Shown piece by piece: positions 42,725 to 51,230 of a stretch of DNA of 54,391 nt (positions within the stretch are counted from its first letter, which is position 1; every line of letters starts with the position of its first letter). This stretch comes from a virus. Lineage: Duplodnaviria; Caudoviricetes. Made by a program: the position numbers and the translations under genes. The DNA lies in IMG/VR virus record IMGVR_UViG_3300032096_000018, positions 1 through 54,391 of that record; one strand, written 5' to 3'. The notes beneath the pieces are model-generated. The model ran no database searches and was not told where the DNA came from. It saw only the letters and a program-made list of their open reading frames with translations.

Positions 42725-43204
42725 TTAGGCCGCGGGCGTCGCCTGGGTGTCGATGAACCACCGGGCGATCAGCACCGCCTCGGCTCGTCCATCGTCTTTG
42801 ACTCGCGCCAGTTCGCCGGCAAGCTCCGGGTAAAGCTCAACGGCGCGCGTGCGGCTGGCGTCTTTGCTCTTGCCCAGCCCAAAGTGGCCTTTCCACTTGC
42901 GAGGCCGGACGTGGTGAATCGGCAGGCCGGCGGCGATGATTGCCGTGCGTGCCGTGCCGTAGGCTTCGCCAAATGCGAACGTCGAGGCGACGCCCTGGCG
43001 CGGCATGGCCGACACTTCCTCGACCACCCCGGCATCCGCATCGAAGGTCGCGACGATCCCGCACAGGAGCGCGGCATTGACGCGCCGCTTGCTGCCGGAA
43101 CCCCGGCCCATCGTCGGCATGTCAGCCACGCGAACGCTGCCCGTCTTGGTGTCGATGCAGGCGACGGCACCGGACTGGCCCGGGTCGATCGCTACAACCT
43201 TCAC
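42725..43204 (-). CDS. RuvC-like Holliday junction resolvase
   Basis: AIDPG, VVEEV, QGVASTFAFG, PRKWK, DGRAEA. Confidence 0.85.
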   Translation of the reverse strand: MKVVAIDPGQSGAVACIDTKTGSVRVADMPTMGRGSGSKRRVNAALLCGIVATFDADAGVVEEVSAMPRQGVASTFAFGEAYGTARTAIIAAGLPIHHVRPRKWKGHFGLGKSKDASRTRAVELYPELAGELARVKDDGRAEAVLIARWFIDTQATPAA

Positions 43205-43386
43205 GACGCTTCACCCTGCATGTCCTCGAAGCACGACTGGCAGATCGCGTAACCGGCCTCGATCCGCTCGTCACGGTCGCCGCACTTGCGGCACTTTGTC
43301 GGCCCCTGCCGATCGTCGCCGCTGGTCGCAATCGCGTTGTCGATGTGCCGCTGCTGGTTCTCGGCGGCAATGTCTGCTGCGTCCAT
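43201..43386 (-). CDS. TraR/DksA-like C4 zinc-finger protein (61 aa)
   Basis: MDAADIA (DxxDxA) plus CRKC..CQSC; RBS GGAGG. Confidence 0.7.
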   Translation of the reverse strand: MDAADIAAENQQRHIDNAIATSGDDRQGPTKCRKCGDRDERIEAGYAICQSCFEDMQGEAS

Positions 43387-43396
43387 AAAGCCTCCC

Positions 43397-43633
43397 TCAA
43401 CTCTCCCCTTGTGTTCGGCCGCGATGCGCCATGCTCTGTACACGGGAAAATTCCCCGTAGACGTGGCTCTCGAGCACGTCGCGGCAATACTCGGAGGACG
43501 ACATGCCAGCCAAAGCAGCCAACGCGGCAACCTTCGCGTGCAAATCACCGGGCACCTTCGCCCTGATCTCCTCGGTGCATTTCCCGTGCGGGTCGCTGCG
43601 CATCCCCCGGGACATTGCTGGTGCGTCAGTCAT
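43397..43633 (-). CDS. Ribbon-helix-helix-like regulator in the cII position
   Basis: EIRAKVPGDLHAKVAALAALAGMSSSEYCRDVLE. Confidence 0.65.
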   Translation of the reverse strand: MTDAPAMSRGMRSDPHGKCTEEIRAKVPGDLHAKVAALAALAGMSSSEYCRDVLESHVYGEFSRVQSMAHRGRTQGES

Positions 43634-43661
43634 GCCTGCCTCTCCTTCTTCTGGTGGCACG

Positions 43662-43689
43662 AAAAAGGCCGCGCGACTAGGCGGCGGCC
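43662..43689 (-). terminator. tR1-like terminator after cro
   Basis: GGCCGC-N11-GCGGCC-TTTTT spanning the cro stop codon. Confidence 0.5.
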
Positions 43690-43934
43690 ACGGTTTTGCC
43701 CGTGTGGGATTCGATCGCCTTGGCCGCCATGTCGGCAGGCAGCGAATCCCACGGGCATTGGTAAATGTCGGGGCGAACCTCGTGCGGCGTCACTTCCCAA
43801 TTCAGGGCAGCGCACACGTCAACGACGCGACCAGGCGGCACGCCGTTGGCCTTCCAGTAGTAGATCCGCTGATGATCCTCGCCCATCGTCTTGGCAAGCC
43901 GGAGGTTTAGCCGTGATGCAACTTTCTGATTCAT
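43677..43934 (-). CDS. cro: Cro/YdaS-like regulator (85 aa)
   Basis: LAKTMGEDHQRIYYWKANGVP..VTPHEVRPDIY; divergent from cI. Confidence 0.8.
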   Translation of the reverse strand: MNQKVASRLNLRLAKTMGEDHQRIYYWKANGVPPGRVVDVCAALNWEVTPHEVRPDIYQCPWDSLPADMAAKAIESHTGKTVAAA

Positions 43935-43941
43935 GCCGACC

Positions 43942-43970
43942 ATTATGCGCAGACCACGTGCAACGTGCAA
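43942..43970 (-). promoter_or_regulatory. PR-like sigma70 promoter TTGCAC-N17-CATAAT, overlapped by operator 43946-43962
   Basis: Exact 17-bp spacing; ends 7 nt before the cro ATG. Confidence 0.7.
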
Positions 43971-43982
43971 GCCGCGATGCTG

Positions 43983-44015
43983 TTGATCCGAGACTGGGCG
44001 CACAGGATGCTTGCG
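43983..44015 (+). promoter_or_regulatory. PRM-like promoter TTGATC-N17-GATGCT with operator 43999-44015
   Basis: Exact 17-bp spacing; -10 ends 6 nt before the cI ATG. Confidence 0.55.
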
Positions 44016-44017
44016 AC

Positions 44018-44719
44018 ATGAACAGTGACACGCACAAAACCACCTTCTCCGACCGGCTGCACCAGGCGTGCGACCACGCCGGGATACCTCGAGACAAAGG
44101 CCGCACAATGGGCCTTTTCACCAGGGTCAAGAATGCGGGCGTGGTTGCCAGCTATGAGTCTGTCCGTCGCTGGCTGCAAGACGACGCCCGCCCGCGAATG
44201 CGCAACGCTTCGATCCTGGCGCAAACCTTGGGCGTCAATGTCAACTGGCTGCTAACGGGGAGCGGCAGTTGGAGGCCGGACGTTGGATCAAAACCGCACA
44301 CTGGCGACAACATTGAAGATGCGGTCGCGGTTCGCGGCGAGGTGCCGGTCATTTCATGGGTTCAGGCTGGGGCCATGTCGGAAGCTATCGACCTGCACGA
44401 GCCGGGATTCGCGGAAAAATGGGTACCAACGACGATCACCATTGGGGAGCACACGTTTGCGCTGCACGTAACGGGCGACTCGATGATGCCCGAGTTTCCT
44501 CCCGGGCGACTTATCGTTGTCGAGCCTGACATGCAATGGGAGGTCGGCGACTACGTTGTTGCCGCGAACGCAGACAACGAGACGACCTTCAAGCAGATCA
44601 TTCGGGACGGTGGGCAGCTTTATCTCAAGCCGCTCAACGACCGCTATCCGCTGATTCCCGTGGATCACGACTACCGCATTATCGGCGTCGTGCGTGGGCA
44701 GCAGAAAACCTACCGATAG
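44018..44719 (+). CDS. cI: CI-like repressor (HTH plus S24 autopeptidase), 233 aa
   Basis: SYESVRRWL..LGVNVNWLLTG; VPVISWVQAG (Ala-Gly cleavage site), GDSMMP (Ser), TFKQ (Lys). Confidence 0.93.
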   Translation: MNSDTHKTTFSDRLHQACDHAGIPRDKGRTMGLFTRVKNAGVVASYESVRRWLQDDARPRMRNASILAQTLGVNVNWLLTGSGSWRPDVGSKPHTGDNIEDAVAVRGEVPVISWVQAGAMSEAIDLHEPGFAEKWVPTTITIGEHTFALHVTGDSMMPEFPPGRLIVVEPDMQWEVGDYVVAANADNETTFKQIIRDGGQLYLKPLNDRYPLIPVDHDYRIIGVVRGQQKTYR

Positions 44720-44731
44720 GAGGGGATTGCC

Positions 44732-45064
44732 ATGAGCATTCGCACCACACTGATCGCCGGGCTCGCCCTGGCCGTCACCGCCCTGCCGGTCGCCGCCGAC
44801 AGCTACACGCGACAAGGGAACACGATCTACGGCCCCAACGGAGACACCTACACCCAGCAGGGCAACACGGTGTATGGGCCGAACGGCAAGACGTACACAC
44901 GCCAGGGCAACACCACCTACGGATCGAATGGCGACAGCTACACTACGCAGGGCAACACCACCTACGGGCCGAATGGCGACACCTACACGCGCCAGGGCAA
45001 TACGATCTACGGCCCGGACGGGCGAACCTGCACGAAGGTAGGCAGCACGATGCACTGCAACTGA
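44732..45064 (+). CDS. Secreted protein with five 15-aa repeats (lysogenic conversion or exclusion candidate)
   Basis: Signal peptide ending VAA-D; 5 x [D/K][S/T]YTxQGNTxYG[P/S][N/D]G; C-terminal Cys pair; RBS GGAGG. Confidence 0.85.
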   Translation: MSIRTTLIAGLALAVTALPVAADSYTRQGNTIYGPNGDTYTQQGNTVYGPNGKTYTRQGNTTYGSNGDSYTTQGNTTYGPNGDTYTRQGNTIYGPDGRTCTKVGSTMHCN

Positions 45065-45088
45065 CGCCAGAGCCCCGCTCCCGCTACG

Positions 45089-45116
45089 ATCCCCGGCATG
45101 CCCGGGGATTTTTTTT
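45089..45116 (+). terminator. Rho-independent terminator closing the cI operon
   Basis: ATCCCCGG-CATGC-CCGGGGAT-TTTTTTT. Confidence 0.88.
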
Positions 45117-45125
45117 GCCCCGACA

Positions 45126-45166
45126 TGCACAGAACGGTTGCATTGGGCTTTGTTCTTCTCTAATCT
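45126..45166 (+). promoter_or_regulatory. PL-like promoter TTGCAT-N17-TAATCT with operator 45126-45142
   Basis: Operator TGCA-CAGAACGGT-TGCA overlaps the -35 element. Confidence 0.65.
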
Positions 45167-45279
45167 TCACTCATCGCCACGTTGCGGGAGTACACGCAAA
45201 ACGAGCGATGGTCGGCGACAGCCAAGGCCGCGGCCCGGCGCCTAAACCGGGAACCAGACAATCGAGCGAGGTAATCGCA

Positions 45280-45477
45280 ATGCGAACAGTGACAAGACAG
45301 ACAGCAATCGAAATCGAGCGGAAGGCTCAAGAAGGCGAGCGAAACCGCCGGCGCCTGGCGCGCTACTACGACCGACGCATCCGAGAAGAGCGTCGCAAAG
45401 GTGGCTGCTTCAAAGGCATCAACCGGCTGCATTGGTACATCGTGACCGACCTGAATCGGTACGGAGGTGGGGCATGA
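45280..45477 (+). CDS. Small Arg-rich protein, first gene of the early-left operon (65 aa)
   Basis: RBS GAGGT; ERNRRRLARYYDRRIREERRK. Confidence 0.6.
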   Translation: MRTVTRQTAIEIERKAQEGERNRRRLARYYDRRIREERRKGGCFKGINRLHWYIVTDLNRYGGGA

Positions 45478-45806
45478 GCGACTTCAACGGAAAGCTCGAC
45501 GCGTATTTTCGCCGCCTCGATGCCGCGGAGGATCGCCGCATTGCGGAGCGCGAACGGTACGACGAAGCGATCGATGAGGCCGAACTGGCGATCGTCGCCG
45601 ATGCGCACTATTTCGATGACGCCACCGGTGAGTTTGACGAACTGCGCAGCGAGCTATGCGAAGCGCTGATTGAGCAGCACAAGGCATCCCGATCGAGCGA
45701 CCCCGAGGCCATCAAAGAGGCGGCCCAGGGCGTAGTCGAGGTGATGGACAAAATTGCGGCGGCCTACGCGCCGTCGATCGCAGAACACGAGGAGCGAGCA
45801 GCATGA
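45474..45806 (+). CDS. Hypothetical acidic protein (110 aa)
   Basis: ATGA-coupled, RBS GGAGG. Confidence 0.65.
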   Translation: MSDFNGKLDAYFRRLDAAEDRRIAERERYDEAIDEAELAIVADAHYFDDATGEFDELRSELCEALIEQHKASRSSDPEAIKEAAQGVVEVMDKIAAAYAPSIAEHEERAA

Positions 45807-46069
45807 GCAAGACAACCAACGGGATCAGCCCGGCATTCTGTCAGTCGATCACGTCAGATCCAGATGGAAGCAAATGGACGACAGATGAATATGACGCGGG
45901 CGGCGGTGGCCTGACCAAGCGCGAGTATTTTGCCGCCAAGGCCATGCAGGCGTTCTTTTCTATTCCGGAAATTTATCTGCATTGCGGGATAGACGGTGTG
46001 GCACGAGATTCGGTGCGAGCGGCCGACGCACTGCTTGATGCCTTGGAGCAAGAAGGAGGCACCAAATGA
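45803..46069 (+). CDS. Conserved phage hypothetical protein (88 aa)
   Basis: PAF..GLTKREYFAAKAMQ..ADALL motif common in phage early regions. Confidence 0.75.
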   Translation: MSKTTNGISPAFCQSITSDPDGSKWTTDEYDAGGGGLTKREYFAAKAMQAFFSIPEIYLHCGIDGVARDSVRAADALLDALEQEGGTK

Positions 46070-46872
46070 ACCAGCAAGTCGCAACACAGCAGCAGAACAC
46101 CGCGCCAAAGCCGTTCGAGATCATGGCGAACCGGTTGCAGGTAAACCCCGAGGAAATCGAGCGCCTGATGGTCAGCACGCTAATGAAGGCCAAGGGGCGC
46201 AACGAGCAGGTGACGCATGACGAGGTGGTGGCATTCATGGCCGTCGCCAACGAGTACAAGCTGAACCCGCTCACGAAGGAAATCTACGGCTTCAACAACC
46301 GTGGATCGATCCAGCCCATCGTTTCTGTCGATGGCTGGCTGCGAATCATCAATAGCAACCCGAACTTTGACGGTATGGAGTTTGACGACGCTCTTGATGA
46401 CAACGGGGGTCTGACGGCCGTTCGTTGCCGCATCTACCGCAAAGACAGGAACCGCCCCACCGAAGTAACCGAGTACATGGCTGAGTGCAAAGGCGACTCA
46501 CAGCCGTGGAAGAAGTGGCCGGCGCGCATGCTTCGCCACAAGGCGACGATCCAGTGCGCCCGCTACGCCTTCGGTCTGTCTGGAATCGTTGATCCTGACG
46601 AAGCCGACCGGATCAAGGCATCCATCGAAGCGGAGAACGAAAGAAGCCATGCGCCGCAGCCCGTATTGCAGGCGGCGCAAGGAAAGCCGGAATACCCGTG
46701 GGATCGATTCGATAAGAACTTCCCCAAATGGGAGAAGGCGATCCGGTCAGGAGCGCAAACGGCTGACGAAATCATCGCAACGATTGAATCAGGATTTGAG
46801 TTGGTTGGCGACCAGCACGACGCAATTTGGAACGTACAACATGAAGTGAGGGGGCAACATGAAACGGCATAA
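46066..46872 (+). CDS. bet: Red-beta/RecT single-strand annealing protein
   Basis: YKLNPLTKEIY..PIVSVDGW..EYMAEC..PWKKWPARMLRHKATIQCARYAFG. Confidence 0.92.
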   Translation: MNQQVATQQQNTAPKPFEIMANRLQVNPEEIERLMVSTLMKAKGRNEQVTHDEVVAFMAVANEYKLNPLTKEIYGFNNRGSIQPIVSVDGWLRIINSNPNFDGMEFDDALDDNGGLTAVRCRIYRKDRNRPTEVTEYMAECKGDSQPWKKWPARMLRHKATIQCARYAFGLSGIVDPDEADRIKASIEAENERSHAPQPVLQAAQGKPEYPWDRFDKNFPKWEKAIRSGAQTADEIIATIESGFELVGDQHDAIWNVQHEVRGQHETA

Positions 46873-48469
46873 CGTCCAGCAGGGAACCCAGGAATGGCAC
46901 GACCTGCGCGCCCGCATCCCATATTCCGCCAGCATGGCGCCGATCATCATGGGCGCCTCGAGCAAGGGCACACGCAGCGAATTGCTGCGCATCCTGGCCG
47001 GCTACGAGGAGAAGAACTATCCCAAGTGGGTCGAGGAGGTGCTTTTCCCTCGCGGCCATGCGATCGAGGAGGCCACCCGGCCGCTGATCGAGGCGGAGCT
47101 CGATGATGAACTGTTCCCTGTCACCGGCAGCGCCACCTTCGACGGAATCGAACTGCTCGCTTCCTGCGACGGCATGACGATGCTCGGCGACCTGAATTGG
47201 GAGTGCAAGTCGTGGAACGCCAAGAAGGCCGAGGCGGTGAGCAACGGGGATATTCCCGATGAGGACTATTGGCAGGTCGTCCACCAGGCACTCGTCAACG
47301 AGGACGCAGAGCGTTGCATGTACACCGTATCGGACGGACAGGATAAGCGCGAGAGCGTGACGATCGCCCGATCAGACTTCGGCGGCCACCTCGACACCCT
47401 GCTCGCCGCCTGGCGCCAGTTTGATGAGGATCTGCGCAACTACCAGCACGAGGAGAAGCCGGCCGAGGTGGTGGGCAGCGCGCCCGGCGATGTGCCGAGC
47501 CTGCACATTGAACTCGACGGCGCAGTGACGGCATCGAACCTGCCGGCCGTGCGCGAAACCGCCATCGCGAAAATCCGGTCGATCAACACCGACCTCGCCA
47601 CCGACGAGGACTTTGCCGACGCCGAGGCGACGGTCAAGTGGTGCAAAACGCTCGAGGATCGGATCAAGGCCGCCAAAGAGCACGCCCTGTCGCAAACCGA
47701 GTCGGTCGATGCCCTGTTCCGCACGATGGATGAGATCGCCGGTGAGGCGCGCAAGGCGCGGCTTTCACTCGACAAGCAGGTGAAATCCCGCAAGGACGAG
47801 ATCCGTGGCGAGATCGTGGACAAGCGCCTGGGCGAGATCCGCGAGCACTACGGCCAGATCAATGATGGGCTCAATGGCGTTGATCTTGGCGTGCCGACCG
47901 ACGCCCGCCAACGCATCGCCGCGGCCATGAAGAACAAGCGCACGATCGTCTCGCTGCGCGATGCCGCCGATCAGGCCGTCGCCGACATGAAGTTGGAGGC
48001 AAACGACCGGGCCGACAACGCCCATGCCGTGCTCAAGCGCATCGACGCCGTGGCCGACGAGCACCGCCACCTGTTCCCCGATCGCGCCGGGCTCATCACC
48101 GCCGACCCCGCGCAGATCGAGGACACGATCAAGGCGCGCATCGCCGACCACCAGCAGGCCGTGGCCGAGCGTGAGCGTGCGGAGAAGCTGCGCGAAGCCG
48201 AGGAGCGGCAGCGGCAGGCGCAACTCGACGCGATGGAAGTGGCGAACGCAGAGCGTGGATCCGACGAGCGGAAAGCAGCCGCGCAAGTCGCCCAGCCGGC
48301 CGAGGACGACATGGCCGCCATTGCCGCTAACACGACCCCGGCCGACTACCCGACGCCCGACGCCTTCGATGAGGTGATCGAGTGGGCGCGACACCACGGC
48401 GCCACCATCACGCCGGCGGCACGCAACGAACTGATGGACATTCTCAACGTAGTGGAGGAGACGGCATGA
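46859..48469 (+). CDS. YqaJ/lambda-exonuclease family protein with long coiled-coil C-terminus
   Basis: QGTQEWHDLR..ASMAP..RGHAIE..LASCDG..WECK..WQVVHQ. Confidence 0.88.
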   Translation: MKRHNVQQGTQEWHDLRARIPYSASMAPIIMGASSKGTRSELLRILAGYEEKNYPKWVEEVLFPRGHAIEEATRPLIEAELDDELFPVTGSATFDGIELLASCDGMTMLGDLNWECKSWNAKKAEAVSNGDIPDEDYWQVVHQALVNEDAERCMYTVSDGQDKRESVTIARSDFGGHLDTLLAAWRQFDEDLRNYQHEEKPAEVVGSAPGDVPSLHIELDGAVTASNLPAVRETAIAKIRSINTDLATDEDFADAEATVKWCKTLEDRIKAAKEHALSQTESVDALFRTMDEIAGEARKARLSLDKQVKSRKDEIRGEIVDKRLGEIREHYGQINDGLNGVDLGVPTDARQRIAAAMKNKRTIVSLRDAADQAVADMKLEANDRADNAHAVLKRIDAVADEHRHLFPDRAGLITADPAQIEDTIKARIADHQQAVAERERAEKLREAEERQRQAQLDAMEVANAERGSDERKAAAQVAQPAEDDMAAIAANTTPADYPTPDAFDEVIEWARHHGATITPAARNELMDILNVVEETA

Positions 48470-49116
48470 GTGAAGTATTCCACCGCAATTTCAAGGTAAC
48501 TACCGGCCCCCTCATGGATCTAGCCAAAGAGATTGGCGAGCACAACGCGAAGATCGCCGGTGAGCGCGAAGCGATCGCCGAGGAATTCGGCGGTACGGCA
48601 TATGCCTACACAGACGGCCGACTTGCCGGGTTCAAGTTGCCAAAGGTCGATCGCGAGGTGTGGCGCAAGCCGGATTCAAGCGGGCTGACGCTGCCGAAGA
48701 AAACATCCGATTTTGGGAAAGAACTGTGGAAGCGCATCGACGCCATCCAGCAGGGCCGCCATGCGCGCAAAGAGTTGTTCGACGCCATCGGCCTTGGCGG
48801 TCACGAGATCATTGGCGAGTCAACCGGCCGAGGGGTGCGCATCTATTGGGGTGGACTAGCCGGCAACCTCAACGATGGCCCCCTTTTCATCCGGGTGCCG
48901 TGGAAGTCCGTAGACCCGGATCAGGTCAAGGAGTGCCGAGCAATTCTTCAATCCGGCGAAGGCGATGAGAAAGAACGCCGGCGCGCTGCCGTCGAAAAGT
49001 TCAACTCCGAGATCGCAAACCTCACGTGGGAGCCGCCGGCGTATTTCGAGGAGGTTCCCGAGTGGCAAGTAGATAAAGAACTCAACACCTTAAAAGAAAA
49101 GGAGAAGGCAGCATGA
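48466..49116 (+). CDS. Hypothetical protein (216 aa)
   Basis: ATGA-coupled on both sides. Confidence 0.65.
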   Translation: MSEVFHRNFKVTTGPLMDLAKEIGEHNAKIAGEREAIAEEFGGTAYAYTDGRLAGFKLPKVDREVWRKPDSSGLTLPKKTSDFGKELWKRIDAIQQGRHARKELFDAIGLGGHEIIGESTGRGVRIYWGGLAGNLNDGPLFIRVPWKSVDPDQVKECRAILQSGEGDEKERRRAAVEKFNSEIANLTWEPPAYFEEVPEWQVDKELNTLKEKEKAA

Positions 49117-49715
49117 GCAACCGCGGCGTGAACAAGGCAATCATCATAGGCAACTTGGGCGTTGAGCCCGAAGTGCGGCACATGCCGAGCGGCGGCCAGG
49201 TGACAAACATTCGCGTCGCCACCAGCGAGAAGTGGCGCGACAAGAACACCGGCGAGGATCGCGAAAACACCGAATGGCACCGCATCGTGTTCTTCGGGAA
49301 GTTGGCCGAGATCGCCGGTGAGCACCTGAAAAAAGGCAGCCAGGTCTACATCGAAGGCCGCCTGCAAACCCGCAAATGGCAAGGCCAGGACGGCCAGGAC
49401 CGCTACACCACCGAGATCGTCGCCAACGAAATGCAGATGCTCGGCGGTCGCCCTGGGGGTGCCGGGCAAACCGGCGATTACGGCGGCGCTGGCGCCCAAA
49501 GGGGCCAGGGCAGCTTTGGCAATCAGGGCGGCGGGTACGCCGGCGGCCAGGCGGGCGCATCAGCGCATAGTCAGCACGCCGCGGCCGGCATGGCGCCGCC
49601 TCCTGCGCAAGCCGGCGGTTACGGCCACCAAGGCACTGGCGGCCCGCCGCCGGGCGGCGACAACTTCGGCGAGGACGACATACCGTTTGCCGCCGTGGAC
49701 GGCCGCACGGCATGA
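49113..49715 (+). CDS. ssb: Single-stranded DNA-binding protein
   Basis: [41 protein letters not shown]. Confidence 0.96.
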   Translation: MSNRGVNKAIIIGNLGVEPEVRHMPSGGQVTNIRVATSEKWRDKNTGEDRENTEWHRIVFFGKLAEIAGEHLKKGSQVYIEGRLQTRKWQGQDGQDRYTTEIVANEMQMLGGRPGGAGQTGDYGGAGAQRGQGSFGNQGGGYAGGQAGASAHSQHAAAGMAPPPAQAGGYGHQGTGGPPPGGDNFGEDDIPFAAVDGRTA

Positions 49716-49930
49716 GTGGACGGCCGCCTTTCTACAAACCGAATGAGGCGGCCCGATTCCTCAAGGTGAGCCCGCAGAAATTGCGCGGGCTCGTCGCCAC
49801 CGGGGATCTCCCGCCACCAACAACCATCGGCGATGAGCACAGGTCATTCGGCATCGGGTTGAAACAAACGACCGGCTGGCCGCTTACCGTCCTGATCGAG
49901 TACAAGAAACGCAACGAGGTGAACGCATGA
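49712..49930 (+). CDS. Xis/AlpA-like HTH protein (72 aa)
   Basis: [29 protein letters not shown]. Confidence 0.7.
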   Translation: MSGRPPFYKPNEAARFLKVSPQKLRGLVATGDLPPPTTIGDEHRSFGIGLKQTTGWPLTVLIEYKKRNEVNA

Positions 49931-50355
49931 ATAACGTGGCAAACATGGCGAGCGGAGATAACTATTTTTCTGCGCTCAGCAAGCATGAGGTACTTATTAA
50001 CGCCGCGGAAGCGGTTAGACAACACCCTTGCCAAGACACGGATTGCGCAAAGGCTCAAAGAGAGCGTGACGCGCAGGTGATAGATCACATCGCGCATGCC
50101 GCGCTTATGGAGATTTCTGCTTTTGAGATCGCGAACAATTGGCCGGAGGTGGTATCAGAGCTACCAATGCCCGCGAGGTCTCTTGCCGAGAGATGCAAGG
50201 CCGGGGTTTCTGGTTTCCATTTGATCCTGCTTGTAGACAAATCATTTTCGAGCATGGCGTCTGCTAGCACAATAACGCGCCTAAAAAATCAGCTTCTAAG
50301 GCTCAATGAAAACTTGAGCATTTGCGTTGAAGTCAGCAACGAGGTGAACGCATGA
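49911..50355 (+). repeat. 20-bp exact direct repeats GCAACGAGGTGAACGCATGA at 49911-49930 and 50336-50355
   Basis: Read directly from the sequence. Confidence 0.9.
49927..50355 (+). CDS. Hypothetical protein, visibly lower GC (142 aa)
   Basis: Bounded by the 20-bp repeats; AT-richer codons. Confidence 0.6.
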   Translation: MNNVANMASGDNYFSALSKHEVLINAAEAVRQHPCQDTDCAKAQRERDAQVIDHIAHAALMEISAFEIANNWPEVVSELPMPARSLAERCKAGVSGFHLILLVDKSFSSMASASTITRLKNQLLRLNENLSICVEVSNEVNA

Positions 50356-50549
50356 GTGAAGTGATCGACAAGCCGCGGGCCATGACGCTCGAGGACATTG
50401 CCGCGGAACTGCAAATGAACAAGGACACCGCGCGGCGCACCGTGTCACAGCCGGACTTCCCGAAAGGCTGGCACCCGTTCCCGGGCAGCCGCTTGCGCCG
50501 CTGGGATCGCGTTGCCGTCGAGAAGTGGATCGAGGAGCAGCAGGCATGA
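50352..50549 (+). CDS. Xis/AlpA-like HTH protein (65 aa)
   Basis: MTLEDIAAELQM..QPDFPK..RRWDRVAVEKWI. Confidence 0.75.
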   Translation: MSEVIDKPRAMTLEDIAAELQMNKDTARRTVSQPDFPKGWHPFPGSRLRRWDRVAVEKWIEEQQA

Positions 50550-50935
50550 GTGACGACCACAAGACGCGGGGGTTTGAGCCAGAGCGTCTGTCGATGGCGA
50601 TGCACATGGATCAGATCAAGTTCCACACACCAAAGCCGCCCAGCGAAGCCGTGCGCATCATGCAGGCCGGCATCATGCACATGGACGACCGGGCCAAGAC
50701 GCACGACGCGCCCGGCGGCGAACGATCCATCGGCGCGACTCGCGCCGCCTTCGAGGCCATCACCGGCGACGGGCTGATGAATACCGATGAACGCGCCTGG
50801 CTGTTCATGGTGCTGCTCAAGCTGGTGCGCAGCCAGCAGGGCGCCCACCACGCCGATAACTACGAGGACGCATCTTCCTATTGCGCCCTGATGGGCGAAG
50901 CGGCGCTGAATGAGCGAGGTGATGGCGATGGATAA
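50546..50935 (+). CDS. DUF6378-like phage protein (129 aa)
   Basis: GERS..AWLFMVLLKLVR..HADNYEDASSYCALMGE. Confidence 0.7.
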   Translation: MSDDHKTRGFEPERLSMAMHMDQIKFHTPKPPSEAVRIMQAGIMHMDDRAKTHDAPGGERSIGATRAAFEAITGDGLMNTDERAWLFMVLLKLVRSQQGAHHADNYEDASSYCALMGEAALNERGDGDG

Positions 50936-51230
50936 CTTTGAACTGAACCGGGCGGCGCTCGACATGGCCCAAGGCGCCACGCCTTACGAACTGGCGCGGA
51001 AGCTGGTGCAGGCTCGGGCACGCCTGGTCGAATCAGAGCATAACGCCGACCGCTTGGGCGACGAGCTCGAGCAGTCCCAGCACGCACACGATGTTCGTGA
51101 ACGAGAGCGGGACGAAGCGCGGCGCCTTCTATCCGAAGCGAGAACATTCGTCGCGTTCGCCTACTCGAAAGGCGTCGTTGGAGCGGAGGATGTTGGCCGG
51201 AAGATTGACCGAATCACGGAGGCAGCATGA
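50910..51230 (+). CDS. Hypothetical coiled-coil protein (start may be 50922 or 50928)
   Basis: Coherent in-operon ORF. Confidence 0.6.
   Translation: MSEVMAMDNFELNRAALDMAQGATPYELARKLVQARARLVESEHNADRLGDELEQSQHAHDVRERERDEARRLLSEARTFVAFAYSKGVVGAEDVGRKIDRITEAA

Noticed and set aside
43286-44017. 477-aa N-terminally extended CI from the ORF track
   Set aside because: The extension overlaps cro and other minus-strand genes; the HTH and promoter fit a start at 44018
44795-45025. 45-bp periodic repeats as a CRISPR array
   Set aside because: In-frame coding repeats with mostly codon-level variation, no unique spacers and no cas genes
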